DNA of 32,000 nucleotides from Microcystis aeruginosa NIES-2549 (GTDB lineage Bacteria > Cyanobacteriota > Cyanobacteriia > Cyanobacteriales > Microcystaceae). The notes under the pieces are model-generated. The model worked only from the letters and a program-made list of their open reading frames with translations, made no database searches and was not told the DNA's origin. Position 1 is the first letter of the stretch. Each line of letters begins with the position of its first letter. The position numbers and the translations under genes are program-made. Below, piece after piece: positions 21,975-31,442 of this stretch. The stretch spans positions 330,001 to 362,000 of the forward strand of contig NZ_CP011304.1 of NCBI RefSeq assembly GCF_000981785.2, written 5' to 3'.

Positions 21975-23135
21975 ATGACTATTATCGTCGATTATCGCTT
22001 TCCGCCCGCTATTAATGCCGAAAAACAGGCAAAAACGATCGCTATCGGTCAAACCGCCGGCACTTGGAGCGAGCGCCACAGTCATCGTCAAGAGCAGCTG
22101 CAACAACACCTAGCGGAAGTGGTGGGGATCAGGGAGGAAGCCGACGGTTATAAGGTGGCTAGGGTGCGTTTTCCCCAGATAAACGTTGAAAATGACATCG
22201 CCAGTCTTTTAACCATGATTTTCGGCAAATATTCCATGGCTGGAGCAGGAAAAGTGGTGGGGGTGTATCTCCCCGAAAGCTACGGCACAAAAGCCAAGCT
22301 GGGAATCACAGGAATTAGGCAACGTTTGGGGGTTTATGATCGACCTCTAGTCATGGCAATTTTTAAACCCGCTTTAGGACTATCGGCCCAAGATCACGCC
22401 GATATCCTGCGAGAAGTGGCTTTTGCTGGCTTAGACGTGATTAAAGATGATGAAATCATGGCGGATCTTCCCGTGGCTCCCACCCACGAGCGCCTAGATT
22501 GTTGTCGCCGAGTTTTGGAGGAAGTGCGGCAGCAAACCGGTAGAAATGTTCTCTATGCGGTCAATGTCACTGGAAAAGCGGACGAATTGCAGAGAAAAGC
22601 CCGTTTATTAGTGAAACATGGGGCTAATGCCCTATTATTAAACGTTCTTACCTACGGTTTTTCCGTTTTAGAAGCTTTAGCCAGTGATCCGGCGATCGAT
22701 GTTCCTATTTTCGCCCATCCTGCCTTTGCCGGAGCGATGTGTGCCGGTAGCGATACGGGATTAGCCTATTCTGTGGTTTTGGGGACGATGATGGCCCACG
22801 CAGGAGCCGATGCGGTGCTATATCCCGCCGCCTACGGTAGTTTACCCTTCGATCCGCAGGAGGAGGGCAAAATTCGCGATATTTTGCGCGATAGAAACGT
22901 TTTTCCGGTTCCCTCGGCCGGCATTCGTCCAGGTATTGTTCCCCAGGTCCTTGGGGATTACGGACGTAATGTTATCCTCAATGCGGGAACTGGAATTATG
23001 GACCACCCATCGGGACCGGCCAGTGGTGTGAGGGCTTTTTTTGAAGCTTTAGCCAGAATAGAAGCGGGTGAGTCCTTTGATCCGGCCAATTTGCCAGAAG
23101 GAGCCTTAAAACAGGCAATTCTAGAGTGGGGTTAA
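21975..23135 (+). CDS. mtnW: Form IV RuBisCO-like protein; probable 2,3-diketo-5-methylthiopentyl-1-phosphate enolase (methionine salvage)
   Basis: 386 aa. It has FKPALGLS where RuBisCO has KPKLGLS (the second Lys is replaced by Ala), it retains VIKDDE (carbamylated Lys and metal ligands), and it lacks the large-subunit N-terminal extension. An RLP of this type is documented in Microcystis. Confidence 0.8.
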   Translation: MTIIVDYRFPPAINAEKQAKTIAIGQTAGTWSERHSHRQEQLQQHLAEVVGIREEADGYKVARVRFPQINVENDIASLLTMIFGKYSMAGAGKVVGVYLPESYGTKAKLGITGIRQRLGVYDRPLVMAIFKPALGLSAQDHADILREVAFAGLDVIKDDEIMADLPVAPTHERLDCCRRVLEEVRQQTGRNVLYAVNVTGKADELQRKARLLVKHGANALLLNVLTYGFSVLEALASDPAIDVPIFAHPAFAGAMCAGSDTGLAYSVVLGTMMAHAGADAVLYPAAYGSLPFDPQEEGKIRDILRDRNVFPVPSAGIRPGIVPQVLGDYGRNVILNAGTGIMDHPSGPASGVRAFFEALARIEAGESFDPANLPEGALKQAILEWG

Positions 23136-23190
23136 GCGCAACTTTTTCAAATGCACTATAGACACATTTTGTCAAGCATTTTTAGAAAAT

Positions 23191-24474
23191 TTAACAAATA
23201 ACTTCCCGTTTTAGATAGGGTTGCAGCACTTCCGGCACTTTTACTGTCCCGTCCGGCTGTTGATAATTTTCTAGGACAGCGGCCATAGTACGACCGATCG
23301 CTAATCCCGAACCGTTGAGGGTGTGGACAAAATTAGTGCCTTTTTGTCCTTTTTCTTTAAAGCGAATATTTGCCCGTCGTGCCTGAAAGTCTCTAAAATT
23401 AGAACAACTGGAAATTTCCCGATAGGTATTAGCCGAAGGTAGCCACACTTCTAAGTCATAACATTTGGCTGCCGAAAAACCCAAGTCACCGCTACACAAT
23501 TCAATCACCCGATAGGGCAACTGTAAAGCTTGCAGGATTGCCTCCGCATTAGCGACTAAACTTTCGTGTTCCCCAGCAGAAGCGTCAGGATGGACGATTT
23601 TGACCATTTCCACCTTATTAAATTGATGCAAACGGATCAAGCCCCTCGTATCTTTGCCATAGCTGCCCGCTTCTCGACGAAAACAAGGGGTATAGGCACA
23701 GTGTTTGATCGGTAATTGCTCCGATGAGAGGATTTCATCGCGATAAAGGTTAGTTACGGGTACTTCTGCCGTTGGTGCTAACCAAAGCTCATCATCTCGA
23801 CATTTAAAGCTTTCTTCCGCAAATTTCGGCAGTTGTCCCGTCCCGCGCAGGGAGTCACTATTAATCAAAATTGGCGGTAAAACTTCTGTATAACCGGCGA
23901 CAATATGGCGATCGAGCATAAAATTAATTAAAGCTCTTTCTAGGGCTGCCCCGAGGGCGATAAGATTAACAAAACGACTCTGGGCGATCTTTACTGCCCG
24001 TTCAAAGTCTAAAATGCCCAATTTTTCCCCAATTTCCCAGTGAGGCAAAATATTCGGGTTGGTGGGTTTATATTCCTCTCCCCAGCGTCTGACTTCGACA
24101 TTTTCCCGTTCATCCTTACCGATGGGAGTGGTTTCACTGGGTAAATTGGGTAAATCTAAGATTTTTTGGTCAATGGCCGCTTTAATGGCTTTTTCCTGCG
24201 GTTCTAATTGAGCTAGTTTACTTTTAATCTCGTTTCCTTCTGTTTTCATTGCCAAAATTTCGGGACTGTTGACATCGCTGCCACTTTTCACTTTTTGTCC
24301 CACCAGTTTACCGATTTCGTTACCCCGGGCCTGTAAACTGCTGCGTTCTAACTCTAAAGCCTTTTGTTGTTGATTTAACTGGAGAATAGGGGCAATATCA
24401 TAACTACCTCCCCGACTATCTAAGCGTTTCTGCACTTCCTCTGGATTTTCTCTAATTTGCTTTAGGTCTAACAT
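23191..24474 (-). CDS. serS: Seryl-tRNA synthetase
   Basis: 427 aa with an N-terminal coiled-coil arm ([22 protein letters not shown]) and class II core motifs ([37 protein letters not shown]). Confidence 0.95.
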   Translation of the reverse strand: MLDLKQIRENPEEVQKRLDSRGGSYDIAPILQLNQQQKALELERSSLQARGNEIGKLVGQKVKSGSDVNSPEILAMKTEGNEIKSKLAQLEPQEKAIKAAIDQKILDLPNLPSETTPIGKDERENVEVRRWGEEYKPTNPNILPHWEIGEKLGILDFERAVKIAQSRFVNLIALGAALERALINFMLDRHIVAGYTEVLPPILINSDSLRGTGQLPKFAEESFKCRDDELWLAPTAEVPVTNLYRDEILSSEQLPIKHCAYTPCFRREAGSYGKDTRGLIRLHQFNKVEMVKIVHPDASAGEHESLVANAEAILQALQLPYRVIELCSGDLGFSAAKCYDLEVWLPSANTYREISSCSNFRDFQARRANIRFKEKGQKGTNFVHTLNGSGLAIGRTMAAVLENYQQPDGTVKVPEVLQPYLKREVIC

Positions 24475-24655
24475 GGTACGAGTCAGTAAAAAGTAAAAAT
24501 TAAGTGGGGGAGTCGGAGAATCGGCAGCCCGAGGGGAAATGTTGTCAACCGCTAACCAAAGGTCAATAATAACTCAAAACTTAACTAAAATATCGGTTAA
24601 AAGCCGCCGGTAAAATTAGCGGTATATTTAATTGTGGTGTCTGGAGTTAAGTCTC

Positions 24656-25258
24656 ATGCTAAAGTATCTGCCTGTTAAATTACTGCGTTTTTTAGCGATT
24701 AGCTGTCTTGTAACGTTAATTTCTCTAGGATTTGACCGTTTACACCCCGTTAAAGCTAATCCCACCCTCATAGCTCAAAATGCTTGGGCCGGGGCCTCCT
24801 TCCCCGTGGAAAACTTCCAAACCTACACCTCTGGTTTCGGTTATCGTTTCTCTCCCATGGATGGCAGTCAACAATTTCATGCCGGTTTAGATATGGCCGC
24901 ACCCTTAGGCAGTTATATTCGCAATTGGTGGACCGGCAGAATCGTCGAATTATCCGATAATACAGGCTGTGGCACCATGATTAAGATGCAATCGGGTCAA
25001 TGGACGCATATTTATTGTCATCTCATGGGTTCGGTTCAATCCGATAGCCGCGGTACTTTTTTGATTGACAGGTCAGGAGGAATCGTCCTTACTCTCGGTC
25101 AGGATATACCAGCAGGGGCCCGCATGGCTAGAGTGGGAATGACCGGACGCACCACCGGACCACACCTGCACTGGGGACTGATGTACGGCAATCAATACGT
25201 TGACCCCGCTTTGGTTTTAAATGCTATGTACGGATCTAATCCTTCCGGTAATACTTAA
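24656..25258 (+). CDS. M23 family metallopeptidase (peptidoglycan endopeptidase-like) with N-terminal signal/TM
   Basis: It has HAGLDMAAPLGS and GRTTGPHLHWG motifs. I prefer ATG 24656 (MLKYLPVKLL...) over the TTG at 24632 used by the ORF track. Confidence 0.8.
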   Translation: MLKYLPVKLLRFLAISCLVTLISLGFDRLHPVKANPTLIAQNAWAGASFPVENFQTYTSGFGYRFSPMDGSQQFHAGLDMAAPLGSYIRNWWTGRIVELSDNTGCGTMIKMQSGQWTHIYCHLMGSVQSDSRGTFLIDRSGGIVLTLGQDIPAGARMARVGMTGRTTGPHLHWGLMYGNQYVDPALVLNAMYGSNPSGNT

Positions 25259-25368
25259 GAGAATCTGCGATCGCATTCTGTTGAGAAAAAACATCGCTGC
25301 CCGGATTTAGTGAATAACGAGGGACACTGCTAAAATTAAGCTGATCGATTCAGGTATATCCAGATAAA

Positions 25369-26331
25369 ATGCGAATATTAACCCTTGTACCGGGAGGAAT
25401 TAGCAATCAACTGCTGTTTTTTCCCACTCTAGAAACCCTCCGGCAAACTTACCCCCAAAGCAGCATTGATGTTTTGGTCGAACCTAGGGCAAAGGCTGCC
25501 TATCGTCTCTGTCCCCAGGTTAAGGAAGTGCTTTTATTTGACTATCGAGATCAGTACGGATTAGCGGATTATTTAAATATTTTGGGAGTAATTCGGGACC
25601 GGGAGTACGAAATCGCCATTAGTCTCACCAATCGTCCTGCTATCAATCTTTTACTCTGGTTAAATGGTGTTCCCAACCGTATAGGCTATGAAAATAATGG
25701 CAGCTGGTTCTTATCGGAACAAGTACCCCGGCCAACGGAAGGCTATCTAGCGGATAATTATCACGCACTGGTCAAAGGGTTAAAGATTGCCCCACCCTGT
25801 CCACCTTTAAAACTAACCTTGAATCGCGATGATATCGATTGGGCCGAAATGGAGCAGCAACGCCTCAACATCAAGGATAGCGGCTATATTCTCCTCTACG
25901 CCGGCGGTAGCGATCTGAGCATCAGCCAAGGACTGGAAACGCTTTATCCCCTGGAGAGTTGGCTAGAAATTATCCAAGGCATTCGCCATCAACAACCGGA
26001 TTTACCAATTGTCGCGATCCAGGGAGAATTGGATGAAGCTTGGGTTTTAGCACTCAAAGCCATGGATAATAACTTAAAAGTGTCCAGAACGGCCGATATC
26101 GGTAAAATGGCCGCTATGATCGCCGGGGCTAATTTATTGTTAGCTACCGAAAGTGTCCCTTTACAGTTAGCCGTGGCCGTGGGAACCTATACCCTATCTC
26201 TGCTGGTTCCTTCGTTGTCTAAGAGAGTTTTACCGAGCGGGGGAGAGCTGCATCGATATATTGAGGCTAATACGGGAAAAGTCGCCGATATTACTCCCGA
26301 AACTGTCCTGAAAAAGATTTGGGGCAGGTAA
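25369..26331 (+). CDS. Glycosyltransferase family 9 (heptosyltransferase-like)
   Basis: 320 aa. MRILTLVPGGISNQLLFFPTLETLRQTYP is typical of a GT9 N-terminus. The C-terminal ATESVPLQLAVAVG resembles the GT9 donor-binding region. Confidence 0.75.
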   Translation: MRILTLVPGGISNQLLFFPTLETLRQTYPQSSIDVLVEPRAKAAYRLCPQVKEVLLFDYRDQYGLADYLNILGVIRDREYEIAISLTNRPAINLLLWLNGVPNRIGYENNGSWFLSEQVPRPTEGYLADNYHALVKGLKIAPPCPPLKLTLNRDDIDWAEMEQQRLNIKDSGYILLYAGGSDLSISQGLETLYPLESWLEIIQGIRHQQPDLPIVAIQGELDEAWVLALKAMDNNLKVSRTADIGKMAAMIAGANLLLATESVPLQLAVAVGTYTLSLLVPSLSKRVLPSGGELHRYIEANTGKVADITPETVLKKIWGR

Positions 26332-26336
26332 ATAAT

Positions 26337-26372
26337 CGGGTTTCGATCGCTTTTCTTGTGGCTCGAAACCCG
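26337..26372 (-). terminator. Possible terminator hairpin between convergent GT9 and DUF177 genes
   Basis: The 10-bp stem CGGGTTTCGA / TCGAAACCCG has a 16-nt loop. There is an A7 tract on the plus side. On the minus strand the hairpin is followed only by ATTATTTA, so it is not a classic U-tract. Confidence 0.35.
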
Positions 26373-26392
26373 AAAAAAATCGGCATCAAGGC

Positions 26393-26920
26393 TCAATTTT
26401 GCGATTGAGATAACTGACTTTTCAAGGATTCTAGGGAGGCCCAACGACCATCGATGGCAGTATTTTCCGGAAGCAGAAAATCGGGTGGTTGACAATTGGC
26501 TCCGCAGAGTTGACGGGGGGGCAAAGTTAGACACAACTGCTCGTATAACCACATTTGCGGGTCAAAATCCCCGTTAGGATCGAGGGTTTCCGAGAGGTCT
26601 TCGTAGGCTATTTCTCGCTCTAGAGGATAGGAGCTATCGTAGTCTTTATTTTTGTCTAGCCAGATTAATTCGGAAGTGTTTAATTGCAGACGATGATTAT
26701 ATTGTTGTAAACAGCGATCGCAGGTTAAGGTGACGATGGTTTCTGCTTTCACCGATACTTCCAAAAAATTGCCCCCATGTCTAACCAGCAAGGTCCCCCG
26801 CACCGGTGTCAAGGTTTCTAGACCAGGGATAAAATTATCGATGATGATCACTCTTTGTCGATCAGGAGATTTGAGGAGGTGGGGGATAAAAATAGTTTCC
26901 ATAGATAACTCCTGTATCAT
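26393..26920 (-). CDS. YceD/DUF177 family protein
   Basis: 175 aa with a paired-Cys pattern, LTCDRCLQQY ... LCGANCQ, and an acidic C-terminal half. The start could be the internal METIF. Confidence 0.7.
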   Translation of the reverse strand: MIQELSMETIFIPHLLKSPDRQRVIIIDNFIPGLETLTPVRGTLLVRHGGNFLEVSVKAETIVTLTCDRCLQQYNHRLQLNTSELIWLDKNKDYDSSYPLEREIAYEDLSETLDPNGDFDPQMWLYEQLCLTLPPRQLCGANCQPPDFLLPENTAIDGRWASLESLKSQLSQSQN

Positions 26921-27070
26921 TTATCGGTTATCAACTGCGTTAGCGAGTAACGCCATCATAATTGCTCGGTGACAATCTTTCTTTTATTAGTTTATCGCAG
27001 CCCCGACCTCTAGAGACATAGACCAGTCCTAGACTGTGGGGTGTAGGGTGTATTTTCAGTGAACAGTGAA

Positions 27071-27142
27071 CAGTAAACAGTAATCAGTGAACTGAAAACT
27101 CACATCTGATAACTGATAACTGATAACTGATAACTGATAACT
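27071..27142. repeat. Right arm of the 72-bp inverted repeat (reverse complement of 21761-21832), preceded by CAGTGAA-type heptamers
   Basis: Direct comparison gives CAGTAAACAGTAATCAGTGAACTGAAAACTCACATCTG(ATAACTG)x5. Confidence 0.85.
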
Positions 27143-27206
27143 GACTCCTGGATTTGACAGGCTGTCTGTTGATCGATCGAGAAAGTTTCCTCAGAATTGG
27201 GAGTAT

Positions 27207-28160
27207 ATGCACAAAGATACTCCTATGTCAACGGTTTTGAAAAATTTTCTTCCTCGCCTCGGTGGATTGGTTATTGTTGCACTGCTCTGCTCGCTTGTGC
27301 TGGGGGGATTGCCTCGGCAGGGAAAAGCAGCTCAATCAGTACATTTATCCTACTGGTTGCGATCGGGAATTGAACAACTAGAGGCGGGTAATTATCAGCA
27401 AGCTTTGCAGGATTTCAATCAGTCGGTCGAACAGGAAAATAACTTGGCCCTAGCCTACAGTAATCGCTGTTTAACTGAGATTTATTTACAGGATTATCTG
27501 CACGCGTGGCAAGACTGCACTCGCTCTTTACAACAGCAATCCGATAATTATCTAGCCTATTTCCATCGGGGTTTAGCTTTTTATCGTTTGGGAGATTATC
27601 CACAGGCGCTGACCGATTATAACCAGACTATCCGACTAAAACCCACCTATTATCAAGCCTACTATAATCGGGGTTTAGTTCAGGCGGCCATGAAAAATTA
27701 TCCCCTTGCCCTAGCCGATTTTAATCAATCCTTGCGTCAAATTACTAACCAGCAACCCGACACTTTAGCCACTATTTATAATGATCGAGGTTTATCTCAT
27801 TTAGCCCTCCATAATTTTACCTCAGCCAAGGCGGATTTTAATCAAGCTCTCCGGTTAAATAAAAATAACGCCTCAGCCTACTATAATCTAGCTTGTACCG
27901 CTCACCAATTAGGTGAATACGACCGATCGATCGCCGATTTAAATCGGGCGATTGCCATCGATCCTTTTTATGCCGATGCCTATATTAGAAGGGGATTACT
28001 GCGGCATCAATTGGGTTATTATCAATCGGCTTTAGCGGATTTAAATCAAGGAGCAAATCACCTCTATCACCAGGGATTGCACCAAAATTATCAGCAAATC
28101 CTCGCCCTAATTGAGCAGATTCACCAACAGTTACTTTCCCTACCATCTCCCATTGTTTAA
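27207..28160 (+). CDS. Tetratricopeptide (TPR) repeat protein with N-terminal TM/signal segment
   Basis: 317 aa with repeated 34-aa units (AxxDFNQxxxLxPxxAxAYYNRG). Confidence 0.8.
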   Translation: MHKDTPMSTVLKNFLPRLGGLVIVALLCSLVLGGLPRQGKAAQSVHLSYWLRSGIEQLEAGNYQQALQDFNQSVEQENNLALAYSNRCLTEIYLQDYLHAWQDCTRSLQQQSDNYLAYFHRGLAFYRLGDYPQALTDYNQTIRLKPTYYQAYYNRGLVQAAMKNYPLALADFNQSLRQITNQQPDTLATIYNDRGLSHLALHNFTSAKADFNQALRLNKNNASAYYNLACTAHQLGEYDRSIADLNRAIAIDPFYADAYIRRGLLRHQLGYYQSALADLNQGANHLYHQGLHQNYQQILALIEQIHQQLLSLPSPIV

Positions 28161-28174
28161 AAGAGAGATCAATA

Positions 28175-31102
28175 TTATAAAGGAAAGCGCTTCATGGCTG
28201 TGACGGCGAGACGGGCATTATCTTTAAGGACTTGGGAAACCCGGGGAATTTGGGGAATTTGCCAGAGAACATCAACGGTGCGCCGCAATAATCGCACTAG
28301 ATCTCCCTCATCGAGGCTAGTATTTTCGCACAATTCTGGCCAGGATGTCCCCTGGGCCCAACGGGAGGCAATCCCCATCAGTTGGGTTTCTAACCAGACG
28401 GGAATAGTGATATCGTAGCGAGATTGAGCTTGATAGAGTAAACGGCGAACTTCTCGCAGACCGGGGGAATTTCCCTCTCCTTGTCGCAAAATATCGATAA
28501 CTTCTGGCACAGGCGGGTAATTGCACCAAGTATCGGGGCGAGGGGGTTCCGTAATCATGGCGCTGATGGCGGCGGCTAGTTGGCTAGGAGTCAATCTGTC
28601 CAAATCTCCCGACATCATCGCTAATCCTAACCAGAGTTCATTTTCCCCGCGAATAGTGGCCGCCGCTTCTCCGAGGGGGGTGGGCAAATAACCCTCTAAT
28701 GCCTGAAATTCTCGCAAAATCTCGATTAGATTCAGAAATTCTTCCCAGTAGTAGGATTTACGCGATTGTTGTTTTTGGTATTTAATCTGGGTCTTGTGTA
28801 ACTTATCGCGAGCAAGCTCTCGATCGTAGTATAATTTCATCAATCGCCCCGGATTTTTGCGTTTTTGCAGGGGATGAGCGGCAATTTGACTATTGACAAT
28901 TTCAAGTCTTTGTGCTTGGGTTTCCAGTTCCGCCACTGGTGGGATGCCCTGTACTTGTTGGGGGATTAAATCGGCGATCGCCTGAGTATTTTCCTCACCC
29001 TTGCGCCACCCCCCTAGGGAAACTGCTTCTAGGGAAGGGGGTATCAGTTCGCCTAATGCCGCAGGAGCGAGAAAACCTTGATCGATCTCGCTAATATCGG
29101 CATAGGCGGCTAAATACCAGCGATTATCACTGCCTAAACAAACAAGGGTTCGCACTTGACCGGCTCCGTGCAGGGTGTTGACAAAGATAGCGGGGACGGG
29201 GACGGGAACCTTAATATGTTTGCCCTTGAGATGGAGGATAGTTCCGACGGGAATATTCGGCAATTTTAGATGTATTTCCTGTCTTTTCTGGGCTTCTGAC
29301 TGACTAGCGATGATTTTATACAGTCTTTCTTCTTCCCGCAGTCTTTCCCGTAGCTTTTCGTAACTAAAGACCTGCTCTCGTTCGATTCCGGCTAACTCCA
29401 TATCCAACTTAGCTAATTCGGTGGTTAAGGCGGTAATCTGTTGTCGTTCGGGGCTTAACTTCAAACGAGCGAGATATTCGGCGAAACTGCGCTCTAAGAG
29501 GTCTTTTACCTCCTCTAGACTGTGTTTTTGCAGGAGATTTAAGACCATGCCGTAACTGGGCGCAAAACAGCTTTGCAGGGGTTCCGGTTGGGCGGTGGCC
29601 AGAAAAGCCGCTTCTTTTGCCCCTTCAAAGGGCGTTTGTACTGTCACCACATGGCCGACTGCGTCCATTCCCCGGCGACCGGCCCGGCCGGCAATCTGGA
29701 CAAATTCCGAGGGAGTCAGCATACTATGACCATCATCGGTGCGCTTGGAGAGGGCCGAGATAACGGTGGTGCGGGCGGGCATATTAATCCCGGCCGAGAG
29801 GGTAGCGGTGGCAAAAACCACCTTAATTAAACCGGCTTCAAAAAGTTGTTCGACTAATTCTTTCCAGAGGGGTAAAATCCCAGCATGGTGAACACCACAG
29901 CCCCGGGTGAGGGGTTCCACTTGGTCGGCGCGCACCAGTTGGGAAGCACTGGCTAGGAATTCAAACAGTTGATTTTTCGTCTCGGGGTCGGCGGTTAAGA
30001 GGCTGAGGAGTTGCTCGTCAGACTGGGGGTTATTAGCGAAAAAAGCCAGTAATTTTTGCTGTAGGGGCGGATTTTCGACGGCAAAGAAGGAAAGGGCCAG
30101 TTCTTGCAGATTGGGATTATCTTCCAGAAAGAAAATGAGTAAACGGTAGTAAATGGCTCTTGCTTCTTCTTGATTAACGAGATTGAGGTTTTTTAGCTCT
30201 CGAATCGCCTGATCGCAACCTTTACGGCTGAAAATGACGTAAATGGCTGGGAGCATATCCTTGTCCCGCAGAGTGGTGACAATCGAGGCAATGGTGGGAC
30301 AATCTTCTCGTTTTAAGCGTCGGGAGCTGCCCCGAGGGGCTTTAGGACGCAGTTTCGGGTTAACTTTGCTCTGTTTTGGGTCGAGCAGCGGGAATAATCC
30401 CTCTTTATTGACGAAATAAAAGCGCAGGGGGACGGGACGAAAATCGGAGTTAATTAGCTCGCAGCTGGAGGTCTGTTTATTGTCGCCGGATTGGGGCAGT
30501 TGCCGCACCCAGTTAATCCAGTCGGTGAGTTCTCCCGGGTTGCCGATGGTGGCGGAGAGGGCTACTAATTGGATACTAGGGGGACAGTAGATAATTGATT
30601 CTTCCCAAACGGTGCCGCGACCTCGATCACTGATATAGTGACATTCATCGAGAACCAGGGTTTCCACGTTTTCTAGGGAAGTGCCTACCTGACCAATCGG
30701 GGTTTGGTACAGCATATTGCGAAAAATTTCTGTAGTCATGACTACAATTAATGCTGAAGGATTGATCACCACATCGCCGGTAATTAATCCCACTTCCGCA
30801 AACAGCAGCGGGGAATCCTCATCGCCATCGGTGGGGGTACGACCGAATTTTTCTTGAAAATCCCGGAATTTTTGGTTAGAAAGAGCTTTCAGGGGAGTGG
30901 TGTAGAAAACCCGTTTGCCCCTTTCTAGGGCGCGATAGATAGCGTATTCTCCGATTAAAGTTTTGCCGGAACCCGTGGGAGCGCAGACAACCACTGATTT
31001 ACCGGCAGCAAGAGCAGCGATCGCCGATTGCTGGAAGTCGTCGAGTTTAAAGGGAAAAATGGTTTTGAGATCCAAAGAAGTAGGGTTTAGGGACTCTTTC
31101 AC
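28175..31102 (-). CDS. Superfamily 2 DEAD/DEAH-box helicase, Ski2/HelY-like with C-terminal DSHCT-type domain
   Basis: 975 aa with motifs CAPTGSGKT, LDECH, SAT, HHAGILP, ATATLSAGINMPA and QIAGRAGRRGMD. It has a GTG start at 31102. Confidence 0.85.
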   Translation of the reverse strand: MKESLNPTSLDLKTIFPFKLDDFQQSAIAALAAGKSVVVCAPTGSGKTLIGEYAIYRALERGKRVFYTTPLKALSNQKFRDFQEKFGRTPTDGDEDSPLLFAEVGLITGDVVINPSALIVVMTTEIFRNMLYQTPIGQVGTSLENVETLVLDECHYISDRGRGTVWEESIIYCPPSIQLVALSATIGNPGELTDWINWVRQLPQSGDNKQTSSCELINSDFRPVPLRFYFVNKEGLFPLLDPKQSKVNPKLRPKAPRGSSRRLKREDCPTIASIVTTLRDKDMLPAIYVIFSRKGCDQAIRELKNLNLVNQEEARAIYYRLLIFFLEDNPNLQELALSFFAVENPPLQQKLLAFFANNPQSDEQLLSLLTADPETKNQLFEFLASASQLVRADQVEPLTRGCGVHHAGILPLWKELVEQLFEAGLIKVVFATATLSAGINMPARTTVISALSKRTDDGHSMLTPSEFVQIAGRAGRRGMDAVGHVVTVQTPFEGAKEAAFLATAQPEPLQSCFAPSYGMVLNLLQKHSLEEVKDLLERSFAEYLARLKLSPERQQITALTTELAKLDMELAGIEREQVFSYEKLRERLREEERLYKIIASQSEAQKRQEIHLKLPNIPVGTILHLKGKHIKVPVPVPAIFVNTLHGAGQVRTLVCLGSDNRWYLAAYADISEIDQGFLAPAALGELIPPSLEAVSLGGWRKGEENTQAIADLIPQQVQGIPPVAELETQAQRLEIVNSQIAAHPLQKRKNPGRLMKLYYDRELARDKLHKTQIKYQKQQSRKSYYWEEFLNLIEILREFQALEGYLPTPLGEAAATIRGENELWLGLAMMSGDLDRLTPSQLAAAISAMITEPPRPDTWCNYPPVPEVIDILRQGEGNSPGLREVRRLLYQAQSRYDITIPVWLETQLMGIASRWAQGTSWPELCENTSLDEGDLVRLLRRTVDVLWQIPQIPRVSQVLKDNARLAVTAMKRFPL

Positions 31103-31442
31103 GTCAAGTCTAAGAGGAGAAATTTTTTTAATTGTGGCTATTCTGACTGGCTTTTTTTATTCTAGTCGAAAAAAGCAGACTTCTAGAAACTAGGGATAAG
31201 CTTAACCTTTGGGGGTGATGCCCAATCCCATCATACTTCATCTGTATAAGAAATGCTGTAAGCTAAGAGGTATTTAAACCGCTTATTCTTAGATTAGCAG
31301 GATCTCTCCCAATCCCTTTGCTGTTGACTCTTGCCTCTTGCCTCTTGCCTCGTCTCAACAAAAAATTTAAATTACGAACAGCTTATCACTAATAATTGTC
31401 TCTCTATTTTGTCCTTAGCTTGATTAATTATACTTACTGATC

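Noticed and set aside
24632-24655. TTG start at 24632 for the M23 peptidase, as in the ORF track.
   Set aside because: The ATG at 24656 gives a conventional signal/TM N-terminus (MLKYLPVKLLRFLAISCLV). The extra MWCLELSL residues add nothing recognisable. The choice remains unverified.
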